64,000 nucleotides of DNA from contig OZ024753.1 in the NCBI GenBank assembly GCA_964016885.1, positions 3,100,001 through 3,164,000 on the forward strand. The letters run 5' to 3'. The stretch's first letter is position 1. Each line of letters starts with the position of its first letter. The notes beneath the pieces were generated by a model, which saw only the letters and a program-made list of their open reading frames with translations, ran no database searches and was not told the DNA's origin. A program made the position numbers and the translations under genes. This document shows positions 1-13,609 of this stretch, piece after piece. This DNA comes from Eledone cirrhosa (Eukaryota).

Positions 1-968
1 CAAAAGATTGGTTGTTTCTATAAAAAATAAAAACTCTGTCCAGATGAATTGGTAAAGAAAAAATATGACGTGTTATTAAATTTTGTATTTAAGATCAAAT
101 GAGATTTAAATAGAGGAAACATTGAGAACCAGACAGAAAAACAACCATCAAAGCTTACTGATAATATCTTGTTTGTATGATGGTGTTGTTTTGCTAATTT
201 TCTGAGAATATTTCTAATTTTTCTTTCCTACATTTCTCATTACATATTTACATAAGAAAAATGTTCTCAAATAGGTGCATGTGTGGCTGTGTGGTACAAC
301 CACATGGTTTGGGGTTTAGTTTCAGAGTGTAGCACCTTGTTCAAATGTCATCTACTACAGCCAGGGGTTCTTTAATGCTGTCATCTACTACAGCCAAGGG
401 TTCTTTAATGCTATCATCATCCCTATTTTACGCACATTTTCCATACTGGCATGGGTTGTATAGGTTGTCATGTTCTGAGCTCATGATAGGTCAGATAACC
501 ATTTCATGCTGATGTATTCTATTTTGGCATGCTTTCTATAGCTAGATGCCCCTCCTAACACCAACAACTTCCCACAGTTTACTGGGTGCATTCTATTTGT
601 GACACCAGCACTAGGGCAATTGTTTTGTCCTCCGAGTGAAATTTGGTGGACATAAGTTATATGTGTGTGTAGAAGGGTGGGCTTGTTTGATATATAGCTC
701 GATAGATATATAGCTCGATAAATATATATGGTGAGAGATATTAACCCTTGCATTACCATATTTCTAATGAAATACACTGCTTATGATTTTGAAATAATCA
801 AGAATTTCAAGGGCTTTAGTAATAAAGCTAACTTTCTCATTATCAAGATGGAGTAGAGAAGTGGATTTGCAAGGTTTCTAGATTGTTATATAAAATACTT
901 CATAATATTCATTCTAAAGGTCAGAAAGATAAATAGAGATTTTATTGTGCAACTTCAGACACCTAAAT

Positions 969-1172
969 TTAATCCTTTAGCATTTACATTTTTCTATATT
1001 TACTATTGTATTTTCACAGAAAAGGTTTTATCTCACAAATGAGATTTTTCTATTATTTATTTTGAAAATAATACCTTAACATCGGTATGAGTCGCTGGTT
1101 ACGATTGGTTTGAACAGAAAGAGGTGAGAGAATTCTGGTCAAAAATTGCCAGTTTAAATGCTAAAGAGTTAA
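969..1172 (+). mobile_element. piggyBac-type MITE (~200 bp), copy 1
   Basis: Begins TTAA-TCCTTTAGCATTTA and ends TAAATGCTAAAGAG-TTAA. The interior is similar to copies at 2641, 7478, 13274 and 39383. Confidence 0.8.
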
Positions 1173-2294
1173 ACATAGTTGGTCAAGCAAGTGATTTCCT
1201 GAGAAACACTGAAACAAATGAATAAATCTGTTCTAGACAAAACTGAATAACAATATTCGATAAGTGTTTATTTCAGTTTGACAATGACGAATACAACAAC
1301 AAAACTGATGATTACAAACAGATACAATATTATTATACAGGAATTTTTACAACTGCAGAAGGTATTGACTTCATATAATCACTTAGATGTTCAGAAAATA
1401 ATTTTGGGAGATAAATATGGCCCAACCTTTGCTACATGGAAAGTGGACATGAAAACAATGATGATGATGAAATAAATAAATAAAATATTAAAGAATAGTT
1501 TTCCAGGGAGAAAGTTAAAATTTGGGAACATTTGCTGTTGACAATAAAAAGCTGGCTGTAATCTGTAAAAATCAAACTTGACAGTAACGAGGCAACAGAG
1601 AAATCAGCATTCACTTTTAATACACACCTAGAATATATATTCACTTTCGAAGAAGAAATCCATCAAATGATATTTCCAAAACTATCCATAAACAATTTGG
1701 AATGTTGAAGCTGAACATCATGCTTGTCAGTTTTTCCACCCATATTAACAGAATTTGTTTTGATTAATGAAGTATAAATCGGTTTCCATGGTCCATCACC
1801 ATGCTAAACTCACTTCAAAACCCCTACCCATTAAGACAACACTATTAAGACAAATGCTCAATCATTCATTTTATTTCATTGTAAGACATATTGTTTTAAA
1901 ATTCTGTGTGATTTTTCGATAACCATAGGAACAACAATAATAAGAAAAATAAGAAAAACACTAGCAAATAAATGAATAAATAAAAAGACCTAGATATATA
2001 GATTAAAAAGATGTGGCACTGTAAAATGAAAGCAGTCCCATCATCATAATACTCTTATGTATTATAAGAAAAAGATGTGAGAAATATCTTAGCAAGATCC
2101 CAGGTGAAGCATCTCTTCAGGAAACGAAAAAAAAGAGTATTGGCTTGTGCTGTACACATACTACAAATAGCTCTCTCAATCTGAATGTAAATTACATCTA
2201 ATCTAAATCATGTTTTATATCTCTATACTGCCATGTGTTTCACAAAACAAAAGAGTTCTCTGTGTAATTCCACTGATACTGCCAATTATAAACA

Positions 2295-2640
2295 TAAGGA
2301 GACAAGGAAGGTGATGACAATATACAGAGACTTACATCCATATGTAGATATAAACTGACTATATTTCAGGATAAAACAAGGAAGATAAGTACTGATAAGC
2401 ATAAGAGATTGTATAAAGATAGAGGAAGATAATCTCAGAAAGTGTGTTACTAATAACCCAGAGATGCAGTATATGGAAAGGAGATGGTCCATGAAGGAAA
2501 GGAAAGTCCTCATAGTAGAAAGCAATGATATGAGCTAAAAAGCTTACATCAAATGCGTTTCCAAAATACTCAGGGGCACCAAGAGGAAATGCCATTCCAG
2601 TGGCTATAAAACGGAGGTCTGAAGAGAGAAAACAGAGGGC
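2295..2640 (+). pseudogene. R4/Dong-like (RLE-clade) LINE fragment, post-RT region
   Basis: Manual translation gives ETRKVMTIYRDLHPYVDIN*LYFRIKQGR*VLISIRDC and WL*NGGLKRETEG. These resemble R4/Dong motifs KTRK.MT....LHP....RLY..R..GGRGLIS..DC and WL..G.LKRETE. The fragment ends at the MITE TTAA. Confidence 0.75.
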
Positions 2641-2869
2641 TTAACCCTTTAGCATTTAAATTACTCTATATATACTATTATATTTTTATGGTAAAGGCTT
2701 TACCTCACATAATTATCTAACATAATATCGAATCTATGAGATTGTGATGATATTTATTTTCAGAACAATATCTTAACATAAGTATGAGCAGTCAGTTACG
2801 GTTAGTTTGAATAGAAAGAGATGAAAGAATTTTGGCTAGATATGGCCGGTTTAAATGCTAAAGGGATTC
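2641..2869 (+). mobile_element. piggyBac-type MITE, copy 2
   Basis: TTAA-CCCTTTAGCATTTAAA ... TTTAAATGCTAAAGGG terminal inverted repeats. The right-hand TTAA is degenerate. Confidence 0.8.
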
Positions 2870-3829
2870 TGTGCTTTGATACATTTACAAACATCTAGCT
2901 ATACTTACCTATGAAGATAAGCGGAGTTACTGTGGAGGACACTATCATTACTACTTCTCCAATTTTAGATGCATTGATCACAATCTCTATGCAGTAGATT
3001 TTCCCAAACTATGTGAATATATTTGCTCCATCTAACAAAATACACATAGTGATATAAATCAGATAAATTACCACCTGCGGATTGTCTAGTTTGTCTCTTA
3101 ATATGTCTCCCTTCAAATTATATAAATTTCTTATTTTTTCTCATTTCTCCTCTGATCTACCCATCAGCCATTTATGAACAGTATGAAACCTAACAAGAGA
3201 ATATATAATGTAGTGTAGTTACATTATTACATAATATTACATAATATTATGTATATATATAAGCCAGAATCAGTTCCCATCCCACCCTAGCAAGCAGGGA
3301 AAAGCGGATGTAAAATGATGATGATGACATATATATATACATACATATAAATATTACAAACACACACATATATGTGTGTGTGTGTATGTATATATATATC
3401 CAGAGAGAGAGGGAAAGATATAAAGGAAGCAAGAGGGGAAGATTCTGGATTTACTTAGGTTGTTTTTGTAGCTATCAGGTTAGGAAATTTTCACCATATG
3501 CTAAATGCTAGGCACATAAGGAATTTGATTTATGCAACAAGGCATCTTATGAATTCTGCCAACTGTAAGACACTTTGAGAAAGCAATGATATCCTTTTTT
3601 TTTCTATTTGCTTGATGTGTGAATGATACTTACAAATGATTTACATTTTTACTCTGCTTTGGTCTACAACGATAATTAACACTTCTGCTTCCAAATTATG
3701 TGATAGACATAGCCAAGTTTGGTTACTAGCTGTGTGAAGTAAGAGTGTTTTTTTATTAGTTTTTCTCTATTTCATGTTAAGATTGATAGTTAAAACAGTT
3801 TACTCATTTACTCTATTTCCTGTTAGATC

Positions 3830-4050
3830 CTCTAGGGTGAGGACATGCTGGAGTAACATTAACCTTTGAAGATTCCTGTGTAGTTGTTGGTGATAGAAAG
3901 GGCATCCAGCAATAGAAAACTTGTCAAATAAATCCTCAGGAGGACTTTTCAGCTGTGTCAAGACACTAAACCTCCTTAGTGTTGGTGATCTCCTGATAAA
4001 CACACCCAGTACACTCTGTAAAATGGTTGTTGATAAGAAAGGTATCCAGG
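3830..4050 (+). mobile_element. degenerate RTE-type 3' UTR/tail fragments
   Basis: Two diverged copies of the GGTTGGTGTTAGGAAGGGCATCCAGC motif, plus CACCCAGTACACTCTGTAAA. Confidence 0.5.
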
Positions 4051-5804
4051 TTATATTATTAAGAATGAACATTTTAAATGGTCAGTTTTGTATCATAAAA
4101 CTAGGGTGATTTTGGCTGGGTTGTTATCAAAAGGGTTAATATGAGTATGAACAGAATAAACAGGCAATTTTGTATCATTGAAGTGTGTCAGGTATCTTGG
4201 TATCAAAAGGGTTAACTGTTGAAATTAGTTATGAGAGAATTCTAAAAATGTTCAGTCTTTGATTTCATTTCACGTATTGTCTTCATCTGCCTAGTTATTG
4301 AAACTAAACATTGGCTCTGGTTACAGGAATCATGGGATAGCTTGTCTGCAACCAACCATTCTACATTAAACATTTATTACATAGATATCTTCCTCTAGCA
4401 CACACACAAAAAATATTACTTCAATAATTTCAACATAGTTTATATTTGATGTATGCAACACATTGGGTGGCGCCATGATTTATATAACAGAAATGAAGAT
4501 TTATATTGCTGCTCTGTCAAATATATGCATGTCAAGTAATGGTAAAGCAGTATTGTTGCTGCCAATGAAATCTCCAGATCTGTTGCCAGTGCTGCTATTT
4601 AGGGTGCATTTATCTGCAGCATATAAATCAATTTTAATTTAAGAGCAGTTATGCAATAAGTAGATTGAAAATTATTGGGAAAAGCTGTGCAAGATGAGAT
4701 AGCACAGAAACGTCACTATTCTCCCAGCAGTTTGTACTATCTAAATGTGCACACTTCTTAAAAGCCTATTTCTACTGAATATACATATATAAGCATCCTT
4801 TATATTTCTATATTGCACTTGAGATATCGCAGTGGTTGGTGAATAAGTAAACTCTGAACTAGAGGTAAAAGTGTTGTATTACTGGATAATTTACAATATC
4901 TTTCATTGGTGTATGATGTTCTGAATGTAAAACTTTCTGATATTGAGGAAATAATGAAATATGAAACCAGAAGCATCGATTGTAAATCATAAAATTAAGC
5001 ACATATACAGCAATCCTGAGGAATCAATGCATGTGTGCTTTGATGAACAATGAGAGAGAGAGAGGGAGAGAGAGATTCAATCCAAGTACTGAACAATATT
5101 TTGGGGGGGAGAGAGAAAGAAAGAGATAAATAGAGATATATATATATAGATAGCAAACATCATATTTTAGTGTATACAAGCAAAAGGAAGAAAGTTCTTG
5201 ATACTAGAAACACAGCCATATATAATTTATTGGAAGATGAGATTTCCTGAATTGATATTTAGAGTATATATAATCATATACAATTTGCCAAAGAGAAACT
5301 TGGTTTGACTTGTAATTTGTAAATTTTAGCTTCCAATAATTTTTCAATATATGTATGTGTTTATGAGTATATCTATATATATCATCATCATCCTTAAACG
5401 CTCATTTTCCTAGCTAGCAAGGGTTGGACAGGTCTTCACAGACTGAGTCAGTACTCAAGCAGGGCTGCTAACCTACCAGACAGGCCAGGGATCTGCATTT
5501 CATTTACATACACTCCCATGTTCTACCAAGTGCATTTTTTTCATGACACCAGCTGCTAGAGCCTCCCGTCAGCTACAGTTTAGTAACTTTATTTGACAAC
5601 TACTTCCAAATGTAGAGCTAATGTGATAACTTTTGCATGGTTGATTAACCTTTTAATAGCAACAGACAAATCTTTTTTAAATACCTGACTACACTATTCC
5701 AAAAAAAATACCAAATATTCTGGACTGGAACACTAGTCAAGCAACACCAAATATATGTCACCATATCATACTATACTATACTATACAATATGGATGGGAA
5801 AGCA

Positions 5805-6150
5805 ACGCTATACTGGGATTTCGATTTTCAAACTGATAGAGTAATTGAGCATCAATGACCAGACATTGTAGTTTTGATCAACAAAGACAAATACTATCAG
5901 ATCATAGTCATAGCCATAAATATTGCAAGTAAAGAGATTGAAATAAATCACCAAATACTTCGAGTTGGAAATGCAGCAGGAAAGACTTTTGAATAGATGA
6001 GGGTAATGTGAAAGTGATACCAGTTGTAATCGGTGCCTTGAAACTCTAAGACTTCCCATTGAAACTCTAAGACTTTTAATAAGATTGGTGTCATACAAAG
6101 TGGCCTTGCTTGTCATTGCACGCATGTTAAGGAAAGTATTCTCTCTCTGA
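5805..6150 (+). pseudogene. R4/Dong-like LINE C-terminal restriction-like endonuclease remnant
   Basis: Translation across frameshifts gives LYWDFDFQTDRVIEHQ*PDIVV ... VKVIPVVIGAL ... KVALLVIARMLRKVFSL*, the typical RLE C-terminus (RPD motif, VIPVVIGALG). Confidence 0.8.
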
Positions 6151-6226
6151 GATCCTTGTGATTTGACAGATGAGTAAATATTCTGGTACATTTTCCATCT
6201 ACACTGCATGACAAAGTAGTAATAAT

Positions 6227-6451
6227 CGTTTCTACTTTAGGTACAAGGGCAGTAATTTGAACGGGGGGGGGGGGGGGCGATTAAATCAACCCCAGTGCAC
6301 TGCTGGTACTTTATTTTATTGACCCCGTAAGGATGAAATGTAAAGCTAACATTGGCAGGATTTGAACTCAGAACATAAAGGGCCATAACTATCTATGCTG
6401 CAAATCATGTTGTCCGATACTCTACTGATTCTATCAATCCATCAGCAGTCA
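6227..6451 (-). mobile_element. tRNA-headed SINE (Meta-domain-like type)
   Basis: Similar to 31758-31950. Flanked by the direct repeat ACAAAGTAGTAATAAT at 6211-6226 and 6452-6467. Confidence 0.8.
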
Positions 6452-7104
6452 ACAAAGTAGTAATAATAATAACAGTGGTGGTTTCTAATTTTGGCACATT
6501 ACCAGTAAATTTGGAGGAGGGGTTATTCGATTAAGATAACCCCACAATAATTGAGTGGTACTCTATTTTACCAATCCAGGATATATGCTGGGATTTTGGC
6601 AACACACATTATCTAAAAAACACATAGAAACTGCTTCATACATATTCTTACATATATACATACATTTTTAGAAAATCTAGAAAACTACAATCCCAGAAGA
6701 GAAATAAATGTAATCCTTCCTGCCCTGGACTTACACACACATTCAAATACACAAAGTATATAAACAAACACATTTGAAATAAACATAAAAATAGATGTGC
6801 ACACACATACACATAGAGAATTTTCCTTAGAAAAAGAGGTTTATTTCCAAATCAGTAACTGTATGATGTATCTGCGTACATCTGTGTATGTGACAGAATG
6901 TGGTATACAAATTAGAAGCGCTCTCATAATTACATGATCATGTAATTGTCATAATATGCATTAAATGCTATTAATCAAGGCTTGTATTTAATGAGAGGAA
7001 TTAAGATTAAAACTCATATAATCAATAAACACAGGCACAAAATAAAAGACAGAAATTATATAGTAAATAATATTCACACACAAATAAAATTCTGTAATCA
7101 CGGG

Positions 7105-7435
7105 CCATTAAAAATGCCTTTATATGGTCACTAGCCCTGTTAGAAATAGCAACTAAATCTCTCTGAAATCACACTTAAACATTAAGAAAAAGGAATGACA
7201 CACTCCTAAGTACATTGTTCGAATAAAAGGCAGAAGCCAATGAAAATGTTTTCATGTGATTGCTAGATCTGCTAGAAATAGCATCCACATCTCCCTGAAA
7301 TCACACACTTAACAAAAATGGAATGACGTACTACACCCCTTAATACATCATGTGAATAAAGAGTTGGATAGTAATAACCATAATAGCATTGGTCATAGGT
7401 CTGCCGGATGTTGATGACTTAGAGCTGACCAGAAA
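7105..7435 (+). mobile_element. interspersed repeat (probable SINE body/tail) with internal duplication
   Basis: TAGAAATAGCA...ATCTC(T/C)CTGAAATCACAC occurs twice. Related pieces lie at about 36900-36990 (-) and 61130-61245 (+). Confidence 0.5.
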
Positions 7436-7477
7436 ATCAATCGAATATATAAGATTATAAAAATACACAGACTCTTC

Positions 7478-7687
7478 TTAACCCTTTAAACTGGCCATAT
7501 CCAGCCACAATTTTCTTACCTCTTTCTGCTCAAACTGGCAGTAACTGGTTGCTCATACTGACATTAATCAAAATAAATAATACCAAATTTCTCATAGATT
7601 CGATATTATGTGAGATAATTATGTGAGGTAAAGCCTTTACTGTAAAAATACAATATATGTAACATAATGTAAATGGTAAAGGGTTAA
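7478..7687 (-). mobile_element. piggyBac-type MITE, copy 3 (reverse orientation)
   Basis: TTAA-CCCTTTA ... TAAAGGG-TTAA. The interior is reverse-complementary to copies 1 and 2. Confidence 0.8.
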
Positions 7688-8199
7688 TTTGGATCTATGA
7701 TTCTATCAAGAGGGTTTGATATTATATTCAGTTTGGAAATATATTTTCTCAGCTAGAGTCAAGAAACTTTGATGTTTTTTATGATTAAAAGTTGCACGTG
7801 TTATTGATAAATATCGGATACATATCTTAATATACTACACATATCATATTTGGTGATATGTTAATCTTGCAGCAATAAGTAGCTAAATAAATGTTCAAAT
7901 ATATTTCTAAAATCCCAGAAATTATTGGTAAATTATATTTTTTAGCTTGTGGTGTTTGTGGTGCTGGGCCACTGACAACAAGGTTATTGTTATTGATGGT
8001 GGCTTACCAACATATCAGGTGATGCCCACAAGAGTTGCTTGGTCTTTCCCATGCCTTAGCTTTGCAATTATCTGAGGCAATGTTAGAAATGTGTTGCCTC
8101 ATCTAAAAAATCCCACTTTTTTATTTTCCCTCAGTTTTATATGTAAATAAAAATTAATTATGAATTAAAAATCAAAATTATATCTGTATATATACAGAG

Positions 8200-8460
8200 T
8201 CGGTAACCAAGACTGCACCAATGTGTATATAAATATCTAATCTAAGATTTAAAGTCTGTCTGTGAAGTGACTGCGAGTACAAGAGCCCTCTCTGGACAGG
8301 ATGCCACCTATTGTTGGTACTCATTTTCAGCTGAGTATACTGGAGCAATGTGAAATGAAGTGTTTTGCTCAAGAACACAACATGCAAACCGGCCCAGAAA
8401 TCAAAACTTCAACATTATGATTGTACGTCCATCCCCCTTACCACTAGGCCATGCGCCTCC
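8200..8460 (-). mobile_element. tRNA-headed CORE-like SINE
   Basis: The minus strand starts GGAGGCGCATGGCCTAGTGG (A box) and contains TGTTCTTGAGCAAAACACTTCATTTCACATTGCTCCAGT..ACTCAGCTG, which is MIR/CORE-like. The left boundary is approximate. Confidence 0.75.
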
Positions 8461-8579
8461 ACATACAAATATACATATTTTATATATGTAGACATGTAAT
8501 CCTACCAGAAAATACAAAAAACAAATTTAATCAATTTTCATACCTAGTTGGATCCTTATTAGAAGGCATATCATCCAAA

Positions 8580-8765
8580 TAATTGTTTCTACTTTTGGCA
8601 CAGGGCCACAAATTATCCCACTGCATTACTGGTACTTTATTTTATCGACCCTGTAAGGATGAAAGGCAAAGTTAACCTCGGCGGGATTTGAACTCAGTCC
8701 ATAAAGGAACATAACTCTATGCTGCAAACATGGCATCCGACCCTCTACTGATACTGCCTATCCAG
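8580..8765 (-). mobile_element. tRNA-headed SINE (Meta-domain-like type)
   Basis: Closely similar to the reverse complement of 63620-63806. Confidence 0.85.
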
Positions 8766-10829
8766 GAAACATCTATTTGATAGGTTTATATACACACTTG
8801 ATCTTAGTAGTGTTTTAAAATGGATGTACTAATTTGCACTTAATTAGTGCTAGTGTTGGTAGTTATTTCAGATATATATTAAAAAGCATGCTAAGCAGAT
8901 AATGTATATAATAAAGTTGTGTTTGTATATATACACAAAGTGGATAATCTATACTGTGCCAATATGCATACAATATTGTATAATTATTACAACATACTAA
9001 TCAGAGTTACATTAAATCCCAAGAGACACATTTCTTTTTCAAACATTACTTTCTCTGCAAATAATAGTTTGTACTGTATTAGAAATAGAGTTAATTAATC
9101 CCCTTTCCATTAAAATCTTCAATAAGCACTCTGAAATCTTTAGGATATTCCAATGAAATTGGAATCCCAACTGAAGACATTCATTTTTCATATCTAATTT
9201 ATTTTCTCTACACATGGTGCAATATTGTCTAGTGGTGATAAAGATAAAGTGATGAAATTGAACTGAATGAATATACTTTACCTAGCAGTGATTTTGGTAT
9301 AGATTAATATAGTCTCATCGAGACTTATGATAGACACAGACATATATCAAATAGTTCAAATAAATATGCTGTTACTGTACAGAGCATACATTTTGCTAAT
9401 CTATCTCCAGCGAAATTTTATTTTAATTTTCTTTATATATTAAAAAAGACATTATTCATGACAAAAAAGTACATTAATAAAAATCCTATATGTTATAAAA
9501 TAAATAGGATTGGTTGGGGATCTCAATATATAAACTAAACGACTAATACTTGTTTTGTAAAAAATCAACAGAGACAACCAAAGAAAATTACCAATTTTCC
9601 AAACCAACCTCCACACTTATTCCAACTCCTCTGCTTGTTCCAACCCTCACTATTATTGGGACCCGAGAGTACATGTATATAGAAAACTGTTTCAAATAAT
9701 ACATGGACTACAAACATACACAATGACATTTAAAAATATGTGGAAACAGACAGACATAATACTAACATGACATAACTATCAACAAGAATGAATGTATACC
9801 ATACAATTGAAATGCTATGAAAGAAGAGATTTATCACCATTTGTATTTGAAGAAGCAACACATAAAAGTGGAATATGAAACATTACTTGAAGAAACACAA
9901 TATGGTGAAACTAATAGTAGTAATATAAAGAACAGAAAAAAAAAAAATATATATATATATATAGAGAGAGAGAGAACAGATCTATTAATCTGTGCATTTA
10001 TATATATATATAGAGAGAGAGGGAGAGAGAGAGAGAGAGAGAGAGAGAACAGATCTATTAATCTGTGCATTTATATATATATATACACACACACACACAT
10101 GCAGAGAGAGAGATATATAGACATGTATATACAAACATTACAGAAGCACATAGATTAATAGACCAATTTTTTTGATAAATATAAACATGTATAAGTATCT
10201 ATATATGTAGCCTATTTCTCTATAAAACACAAAGGCCAATATATAATACTTTTAAAATATAGGCGGTCTACAAAAACATAAAAAAACTAAATCTCTGTAT
10301 ATGTCAGTAGCTGTCATTACTTGTCAGAATACATATGTTTGTATTTTTTCTTTTGATAGCTAATGTTTATCGGCTTTTCATTATTCTTTTTTCAAATTCA
10401 TTGTTCAAAGTAACAATTTCAGCATTTAGTCATATTATGTATAAGAAAATAAGAAAACCAAGAAGAATATTGCATTTACCCTTCTCACTAACCAACAGAG
10501 ATCTATCTCTCTTCTCTTTCCTTCACTAATACAATCTCATCTCTGTGAGAGAATGTCTGTTATCAACTTATTACCACTGCCACTGCAAGTCTTTCACTTG
10601 ATTTGCTACGAAACATTGAATATTTCAGTACATTAACAAAGTCAGCAGCACTACATGCAAACTGTCTTACACTAGCATTCTTTGAGAATTGTCAATGGTG
10701 ATGTGGGTGGTAGGTGCGGTTTTGTAAACTGTCAGCTTCTTTTAGTCTATTATTCTATGCATTGACTTTATCTATCACTAGATTTCTTTCTTTCTCTGAA
10801 ATCTATAGCACTCAGTTTTATGTATGTGT

Positions 10830-11646
10830 GAAAGTTTATATACATTATATATATATATATAAACACATGTATATATATGCATACACATACATTATATATA
10901 TATACAAATTATATATATATATATATATATATACACATACAAATACACATACATACATATATATATATAAATACTTACATATATATATATATAAATCCAT
11001 ATACATACATATATAAATCCATATACATACATATATAAATCCATATACATACATATATAAATCCATATACATACATATATATATATATAAATACAAATAC
11101 ATATAAGTATGTACACGTACATACATATATGTATACAGACGTACAGTAGTATGCATATATATATACATACATGCACACATATATATATGTACATATGGAT
11201 TCACCGAACATTTATTATAATGCTCGGTGTATTTATAATAAATGTTCGGTGAATCCATACGTACATATATATATGTGTGCATGTATGTATATATATATAC
11301 ATACTACTGTATGTCTGAATACATATATGTATGTACGTGTACATACTTATATTTAAGTAACAGCCGTACTAAGAGTGGGAAATGAAATTTCGTTTCATTT
11401 TTTTCTGTTTAATACATATACATATATATATAAATACATATACATATAAATACATATATATATAAATACATATATATACATATACTTACATATACATATA
11501 TAAATACATATATATACATATACTTACATATACATATATAAATACTTAGATATATATATATATATAAATACTTACATATATATATATATATAAATACTTA
11601 CATATATATATATATATAAATACTTATATATATATATATAAATACT

Positions 11647-11686
<40 letters not shown>

Positions 11687-11789
11687 CTTACATATACATA
11701 TATATATATATATAAATACTTACATATACATATATATATATATACTTACATATATATATATATATATATATATAGATATATATATATAT
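10830..11789. repeat. compound TA/TACA microsatellite-minisatellite tract enclosing a foldback element
   Basis: (TA)n, about four 20-bp ATATAAATCCATATACATAC units, and AAATACTTACATATA units. Confidence 0.9.
11101..11408 (+). mobile_element. foldback mini-element (~120-bp inverted arms plus tail), probable Penelope-like derivative
   Basis: Arms at 11101-11220 and 11233-11352 with few mismatches. The unique tail 11353-11408 ends in a sequence that recurs at 38753-38778. Confidence 0.6.
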
Positions 11790-12177
11790 GGAGGCACATG
11801 GCTTAGTGGTTAGATCATTGGTCTTGCAATCGAAAGGTTGTGATTGTGAGTTCAATTCTCGGACCGGGTGATGTGTTGTGTCCTTGAGCAAGACACTTTA
11901 TTTCACATTGCTCCAGTTTACTCAGCTGTAGAAATGAGATGATAGGACTGAGATCCCTATCATTCCACTGCAAAGTGGTCGTGCCACGGCAAACAAAAAG
12001 CACCCAGCCCACACTGTAAAGTGGATGTGTAGGCGCCATAGAAAAAAAACACCCACCACTCACTGTAAATGAGGTTGGTGTTAGGAAGGGCATCCAGCTG
12101 TAGAAATCAAGCCAGAATGAGTTCCCGTCCCACCCTTGCAAGCAGGGAAAGGCGGACGTAAAATGATGATGATGATG
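11790..12177 (+). mobile_element. full-length tRNA-headed CORE-like SINE with RTE-type tail
   Basis: A box TGGCTTAGTGG, B box GTTCAATTC, a CORE-like segment, a 3' part shared with the LINE at 17380-17646, and a (GAT)n tail. Confidence 0.85.
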
Positions 12178-13273
12178 AGTGTGTGTGGGTGTGTGCGTGT
12201 GTGTGTGTGTGCTTGTGTGCGTGTGTCAATAGAATATTTCACTGTCTTCTCCAGACTGAACTATATCAGATAATATTGAACGAACATCTGCCAATGAAGG
12301 ATTTTCCACTCACATCGCTAGGTGGCTCTATAACTTGCATATGCATTGTGTAAATCATGGTGCACCTTCCTGTAGTCCCAGAAACCTTTCGAAGATTTCT
12401 ATCGATTCTTGTCTATTCGAGATGCTCAAAGTCTTCTATATGTTTGCATATATCGTTGTTGTGATATAAACTATGGCCGTATATATTTTGTCGTTTTGTT
12501 CTTGGTGTCACACTCTCTTAACTTTGTGTTTACTCTGGACGAAAATGTATTAACATTTTACATCACTGAGTGCTTTGTGACTGCCTTAAACAAATTGATT
12601 GGTTCCAGTTTACCCTAACTGCCAAGGCAGCATCTGTTAGTCTGTGGAGCAGCATCCTTATTTATGCTGTATAGAGAGAGGAAGTGGGGTATTTGGGCTA
12701 AAACATGTGTGTTGCTTGGTGCATATATGAGCAAATGAGATCTAAATATAGTGTGTTTATGTTGATGCAGCCATGTGCTTATGTGACCTATTCATTATCA
12801 GTAGTATGCAAAGGTACATGTGAGCTACAGATCACAGGCAAGTGCACACACGTTGGCAGACTTGAAACTCCTACCTGCTATGCAAACATACATATATATG
12901 TGTTTCCACGTAAGTGGAGGGAAGAAAATGAAGAAAGTAAAGATAAAAAATTTATGAAGAGTCAAAGGAACTATCCAAGGGAAGAGGAGGGCCCAGAGCT
13001 CCAAAGGATAAATAAATCAGTGTATTTATACAACAGCATACTATAGGTTTGTGAAGTGATTCAATATTTGTGTCATTTATATGTTGATGAGAATAGACAA
13101 GCAGGGGAGCATGACACTATAGTCAATGCTTAAAACCACACACCTATATGAGGAAAAATCCTCTATGGGTAGCTGACTTATGCACAACACGGGCTGTGAA
13201 AATTATAGAGTTGGGGCTACACATAATAAATAAACACCCTGATTTTTTAAAATACAAGTAGACACAGAATTGT

Positions 13274-13502
13274 TTAATCCTTTAGCATTTTCATTAATCT
13301 ATATTTATTATTGTATTTTCATGGTAAAAGCTTTATCTCACATAATTATCTAGCATTATGTTGAATTTATGAGATTTGGATATTACTTATTTTGAAAACA
13401 ATACCATAACATCGGAATGGGTTGCCAGTTACAGTTTGTTTAAATAGAAAGAAGTGAGAGAGTTCTGGCCTGATACAGCTAGTTTAAATGCTAAAGGATT
13501 AA
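13274..13502 (+). mobile_element. piggyBac-type MITE, copy 4
   Basis: TTAA-TCCTTTAGCATTT ... AAATGCTAAAGGA-TTAA. Confidence 0.8.
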
Positions 13503-13609
13503 AGCTTCTTTAAATGCTTTAGTTAGAATATATATTGTCGGCTATAGAACTCTCCCACCTCATAAAAACTGTGAGGAATCCTGTGGTATATGTGTGCTTG
13601 TGTGTCTGT

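Noticed and set aside
346-411. 33-bp tandem duplication (similar small duplications at 9965-10080 and 57248-57310)
   Set aside because: Ordinary slippage duplications.
2909-3031. Minus-strand 123-nt segment bounded by TTTTGTTAG and GTAAGT
   Set aside because: It has stops in all three frames, so it is not a coding exon. A non-coding exon cannot be supported without RNA data.
9600-9672. Possible DNA-transposon end (…GGGACCCGAGAGTA)
   Set aside because: No matching opposite terminal repeat was found.
11790-11875. tRNA-like sequences with A and B boxes
   Set aside because: They are SINE heads that continue into core and tail, and they do not form a complete cloverleaf.
10714-11891. Many ORFs rich in Y/I/M/C/V/H/T (also 15030-16124, 20321-20639, 41622-41885 and others)
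   Set aside because: They are translations of TA, CA and ATGT microsatellites, not genes.
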